NCBI RefSeq assembly: GCF_009914755.1
Contig: NC_060925.1
Strand: one strand, 5' to 3'
Origin: the human T2T-CHM13v2.0 reference genome, Homo sapiens
DNA length: 64,000 bases
Position numbers and translations under genes: made by a program. The first letter of the stretch is position 1. The number at the start of each line of letters is the position of its first letter. The notes below the pieces were generated by a model. The model was not told where the DNA came from, ran no database searches, and worked only from the letters and a program-made list of their open reading frames with translations. Of this stretch, positions 56,891 through 64,000 are shown in pieces.

Positions 56891-57849
56891 GCTAGCTTTT
56901 GGTAGTGCTAAAGAGTTTTGCAAAAATGATTTTTCTTTTAAAGAATATTTAAATTAATTTACTTTGCTTTTGGTAAATGCCAAAGAAAGGCACAGTGAAG
57001 TATTGTAAGTGCATTCAAAATCGATTCTTCATCCGTTCATTTGTCATCCTAAAGTGAAAAAAAGAAGTGGAAGACAATTATTAGATGGATAGTAAATATA
57101 ATCTAATGATTTATATGTTGTTCTGACATTTAACCATAGATACTGTTGCTTAAAAGGACTCTTGAAAGAAAATCTCAGCATATTTTTTATTCAAAGTTGT
57201 TTTGACTTAGGTACTTTTTCCATGTAAGAGACAAAAATCCCACAAATATTAAATCTATTTCAACAAGTGTTTTTGAAACATTATGTAGATTTGCAATGCA
57301 GTTTCATTAGCACAATAAATATTTCTTAATGCTGTGCTTTTTGAGTTTCTGGATTTTTGAACAATATGTTTAGGTCATTTTGAATTATTATTTACTTAAT
57401 ATTATTTATTATGACTGTGAACTGATTTGTTTATGTGTATGTATTTGTGTGTTTTGGCTCTATCTGTATCTCAACAAGACCATTTAATGTCAGCTCTATC
57501 ACAAGATAATTTACTTTTTTCCCCTCTATGATATATAACTTTTGGGATAGAAATTTGTTTTGGGGTGTAATTTTTGGAAATGTACTAGCCACTTGACATG
57601 CTTTAATATTCAAAATAATTCACAGTGAATCTGGATTTTTAGTGACTAGTCAATGTCCTTGGTAGACATTTTTGTTTTGATTGATGAAGTTCATTTTACC
57701 AGTTATTTTTACAAGGCTTCTGCTTTTTGTATGCTGTCTAAAACAATCTTTGCCTAACCTAAGGTCTTGAAGATTTATTTCTAGATTTTCTTCTAGAAAT
57801 TTTATAGTTTTTGGCTTTTTCATTTAGGTCTATAATGCATTTTGAGTTA

Positions 57850-58398
<549 letters not shown>

Positions 58399-58579
58399 CT
58401 AAGGCTTGTGGTTGCAGGAAGTAGAATGGCCTGTGGCCAAAACTAGAATATAGGACAAAGGGAAGTTTTATGATTCTCCATTGTGATGAATGGAGAAGAG
58501 TTCTGTTTTCAAACTGTTGAGTTTATGTGATAGCAGGACATTCTGTCCTTGTCCACATGTATACATGTTGAGGAATAGT

Positions 58580-59960
58580 CAGATTCTTAGTGAAAACATT
58601 TTTTGTTTAATTCACTGCGACTAATTTTTTATGTTATTGCATAGTTTCCGTTGTGATAATTTTTGTAGCTTCTCAACAGTATTTAAATTTTGTTGTGAAA
58701 CTATTATATCTATTATATAAAATGATTAAAAAAATAATGCCACTAAATAGATTTCTACTGTATTTCCCTCCTCTGTTTCCAATACAACTTGACCATTAAT
58801 AAGGATATTCTGTCGGTGTTTGTCTAGATATGCAGACATCTCATATCATTCTTTCCACAGAGGTAAAACTGTATTATCCTTATTTATTTTGATGCTCATA
58901 TTATCCCAGGCATGGCCAGTGGAAATGACATACGTTAAGCTAACTATTGTGTCCTTTTGACATGTCCTCATAGTTATTTGAGAACTTTCTTAAATTCTGT
59001 CATAATAAGATATTCTAGGCTCATCTTATACTTTCCCTGTTCTAGTCCTGTACTCAGCCATTTCATTCAAGGGTCCTGGTTATTTTTAGTGGAGAATGGT
59101 ATTTAGAAACAAAGATCTGAACACTGGGTGTGCTCATTGCTATGAACACATCATTTCTTTTAGGTTTTGTCAGTGGAGAGAGCTTATAAGTTGTATTTAC
59201 ACATATAAAAATGTGTATGTGCATATACACACAGGAATATAGATAGTACACATATATCCATATTTATTTTCTATATCAAACCATCTTTATAAATAACTAT
59301 AAGTTTACACCTATACCTCCAATTCCAATCCAATCCAATAGATTATTTTTTTTTCTGGCCTTTTCCCTTTCCTTGTTTGCAATTCCCTCCTCTTGCAGTG
59401 GAAACCTGGATTCTATTAAGTCAATATATTTTGCTCCAAGACACACCAACCCCCACCCCCAATAGCCATGTGCAACCCAGGGGGAAGGGAGAAGGATAAA
59501 AGGGAAGGGAGAAGGAAGAAAGTTCCTCCCAGTGAATTTTTTTTTGAATTAGCCCAATGGTTAAAAATAATAGAAGAAAGGAAGGAGCCATGTAGAATTT
59601 TAAACTTGTGACTAGTCAGTTTTGTCCATCTTTCTCTTTTTTAATGGCTTTTGGCTTTTATGTCACAAATAAAGGTTATGAAAATAAACTTCATAGTACT
59701 TTTTATGCCTTTTTTTTTCTTGGTTTCTGTGAACCTATTGGTTTTTTTACATTTTAATTTTCAGTACACCTGAGATTTTTTGGGGGGAATATTTTAGGAT
59801 CTAATTATATTTTATTTTTCTGAATGGATAACTAGTTATTTCAACATTCATATTGATTGATTTATCTTTTCTCCATTGATTTGAAATGCCATCTCCATTG
59901 TATCCTGTTCTACATTGTTCTTTTACTATATTCTTCTGTTCTTTTTATCTGTTTGTTTTT
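58580..59960 (-). mobile_element. Fragmented ancient L1 (L1MC/ME-type)
   Basis: 'ctaggctcatcttatactttccctg..tcagccatttc..gtcctggtt..tagtggagaatggtatttagaaacaaagatctg'. Confidence 0.6.
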
Positions 59961-61729
59961 TAAATTGCATGCCCGATAGTGGGACACTGTAGTATTTATC
60001 GCCTAGAGTGATTGTGAGCATTAAATGAGAATGCACATAAAATGGTCAGTGTGGTGCCAGTCGTGTAGTATAAAATGGTCAACACGTATTAGCGACTATT
60101 AGCATCTCAATATAAAAGGAATAAACTTTACAAACAATAGGAGAGTAAATTACAAAAAAAGTAAAAATTATAGTAAGTAGTGGCTTTTTAAAAAAAATAA
60201 AAACTTGTAGGATTCTTAATTTTTATACTTTGTGTATGGAATGGCAAAAGTTCATATTCTTTATATACAGATAAATTATGTGTAAAAATGTGTCCAATAT
60301 TAGATAAAGTTAAGCTATTTAGACTTACAGATGTCCTGGATTGCAGGCTCTTTGAGGGCAGAGACTGTGTCTTATTTCATTTAACAAATACCTGTGCAGC
60401 ACCTCACTGTGCCAGGGTTTGAGCATAGAATAGGATATAATATCTACCGTGAGCAGCTCACAGGCTAGTTGGGGAAACAGACATATAAATAAATAAATAT
60501 AAATAACATGCAGGGGCTAATATATGTATAGCAGTGTACTTAGTTGTCTTCCATTAATGTGGAAATATTTATATCAGAGCTCTACACATTCACTGAGGCA
60601 TTTTTCTAAATATGGGGATGGGATGAGAATACTTAAATAGTATTTCTATGCTGACTTCCCATGAACTATGTCCCAAAGTGCTTGATTGTACCTCACCATA
60701 TCTTTATATAATACCACAAAGAAGGCAAAAAGTCACATTTTTGGAGTGTGTCTTTTGTATTTTCTGCTTTTAATATGTATTCCATGTGTAGTCCTCAAGA
60801 GTGAATGTGTGTATACTACATATTAATAAAATGATGGTAATTTCAGCACTAATGTTCTAGTATTATTTTCTCTGAATGCTTCTTTCAGTTATTTGACTAC
60901 CATCAGGTAGTTAATTTGTATTTATATAAGATCAAATTAATGCATTTTTAATCCAAGCATCTGTTCTCTATTTGTTCCACACCTGTGACAAGATTATTTC
61001 AACCACTCACTTATAAAAGAGAAACACATCGTCAAGGGGCAACCCTGCTTTCAAGCATACATTCTATTTTTTGCGCAAATAACCATGTGAAAAATACCAA
61101 TTACTGAAACTCTGAGAAGAACGAAGTTACTTCTAAACCTAATATTTATACAAAAAAGGCTGTCTAAATGAAAACCACATTGAGATGCAATAGACCAAAT
61201 CTGTATAACATAAACCTTTCAAGATCACTGTACCTAAAAAAAAAATGTATCCATGATTTGGGAAGGCAGCTTTAACAAAACAGTATTGTAAAAAATAACT
61301 AAAATGAAACAGCTGGCCACCAATCTGACAAACATGTACCTTAGCAGGAGGCTGTGAAATTTGAAGCACCTTAGTGAGTATTAGCACATACTAGTAGACT
61401 GTTACAGGCCATACTTCTGTGTACACTTTTGAAAATATTCTAATGTACATGAAGTATTTTGACAAGTGAAATTGTGAAATTTCTAAAAATTAAAAACCCA
61501 AATAAAGGTACCATTTTGGTTGAAATGAAAATCATACCAGTTTTAGATCTCAGTGAGCATGTAATTTAGATTCTGGTACAATATCTATTAAGAAATAAAA
61601 TTTATTCTAGTGTCACCTTCCTTATTAGCAAATTGTCTTCAGAAGGAACACAAACAGGAGAGGTCTAGAGATGCCTTTTAGAGTGTTAGAAAGACAGGTT
61701 GTATGTGGACATGGCTAATAAAGATTGAG

Positions 61730-61930
61730 AGGCTGGCTTTGTTTAAATCCTAACTTTGTCACTTTCTAGGCTATTGAACAGTATTCTAAACATTTCTCTG
61801 CCTCAGTTTCTTGAGCTGTAAAATGTATAAGATAAGCCCCATAGGGTTTCTGTGAAATTTAAGTGAGTGACATAAAAAAAATGCTTAGCATGTTACTAGC
61901 ACATGAGAAACCCTTAATAAATGCTGGCAG
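61730..61930 (+). mobile_element. MIR SINE
   Basis: 'ctctgcctcagtttcttgagctgtaaaatg..gtgaaatttaagtgag..atgcttagca'. Confidence 0.7.
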
Positions 61931-62179
61931 TAAAGTTCAACATAAGTAGACATTTTTTCCTTGTGCATTTTCCCTCCATTTTTCTCTCTTCTGCTAACCC
62001 TCTTGATTATGATTATTATTGTTTTTGCCTTTCTCTTTAGTTTTGTAACCATTCCATTTTTTTTGTTTAGCTCCCTTGTTCTCTCTTTTTAAACCCTCTG
62101 CTTTCTCCACTTTACCCCATGTTTTTATTATTCTTTTAAAATTTTCCATCCTCCAACTGCTACACTTTTTTTTTCCCAC

Positions 62180-62637
62180 TGTATTTTAATTTTTTTAAAT
62201 TTTAGTTTTGAGAGTACATGTGGTTTGTTACATAGGTAAACATGTATCATGGGGTTTTTTTGTACATATTATTTCATCACCCAGTTATTAAGCCCGGTAC
62301 CCAATAGTGATCTTTTCTGCCCACTCCCTCCTCCCACTCTCCCCCATCAAGTAGACCCCAATGTCTGTTGTTTCCTTCTTTGTGTTCATAAGTTCTTATC
62401 ATTTAGCTCCCTCTTATAAGTGAGAACATGCAATGTTTGTTTTTTTGTTCCTGCATTAGTTTGCTAAGGATAATGGCCTCCAGTTCCCTCCATGTTCCCT
62501 CAAAAGACATGATCTCATTCTTTTTTATGGCTGCATAATAAATGTAGTACATTTACTGTGTACCACATTTTCTTTATCCAGTCTGTCATTGATGGACATT
62601 TAGGTTGATTTCATGTTTCTGCTATTGTGAATAGTGC
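62180..62637 (-). mobile_element. L1PA/L1PB 3' end
   Basis: 'gtacatgtggtttgttacataggtaaacatg', 'ttataagtgagaacatg' and 'gctattgtgaatagtgc'. Confidence 0.9.
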
Positions 62638-62713
62638 CAACTCCTGTTCTTTTATCTGACAGGCCCATTGGTTACTCTTTCCTTCATAGGCCTGTATCTC
62701 TGTATTTCTGCCA

Positions 62714-63195
<482 letters not shown>

Positions 63196-63645
63196 CTTGA
63201 TAGGATGTAGCGACCCTTCCCTCCCAGCTGATTTGTTGAGCCTCTCTGCCATTTGCCTCATTAGTATTAGGGAAACTTTCTATACAATAAAAAGTGTTAC
63301 TCAGCACATATAGTGGATTTGCATCATAGTATTAGAAAGGAACTTCATCCCCAGGTGATTCATTAATTGTGGCATCACTGTGTTATGTTGTAATATTTAT
63401 AAATAACAACTTTGTTTTTAAAACTTTTTTTGCATTGTGCATTCCCTAAAAGTTCTTTTTCCCAGTTTCAAATATTCATAACAAATGGCCAGCTCAATTT
63501 AAAACAAGGTAAATATTTCTTTTTTTTTTTTTTCCATTTCTGTGTGAAATATCCAAGCCAGCTTGGAACCAAAGCATTCAGCATTTTACAAGCTAACTGT
63601 CCAGTAGAAAAATAATGTTTTAAAATTAGTTATAAATTTGCTAGA

Positions 63646-63945
<300 letters not shown>

Positions 63946-64000
63946 ATTTACTGAAAAAAAATTCCAAATTGACAGCATTTGGGGTTTTTTTTTTTAAAGC

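Overview
Primate (human-like) genomic DNA: AT-rich, CpG-depleted, with about 27 Alus plus L1, L2, MIR, MaLR/ERV LTR and DNA-transposon remnants. The first ~26 kb is repeat-rich upstream sequence. A CpG-island promoter at ~26.5-27.0 kb (E2F, GC-box and ETS motifs) drives a + strand spliced gene. Its first exon ends at 26827 (GAG|GTGAGT), and two further non-coding-looking exons are at 39172-39345 and 46863-46959. I recognise no protein-coding exon and cannot name the gene. The CDS probably starts beyond the window, or the gene is a lncRNA. The ORF track is essentially all repeat-derived or chance ORFs. I find no evidence for a novel multi-gene biological system. The most interesting observations are RNA-level and structural: three-frame uORFs in exon 2, an Alu arrangement favouring an exon 2-3 circRNA, a GC-heptamer repeat with opposite-strand G4s in the promoter, a chimeric TSD-less Alu, a DR4/DR8 nuclear-receptor array and nested transposon insertions. 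Repeat family names come from recalled consensus sequences, not a database search.
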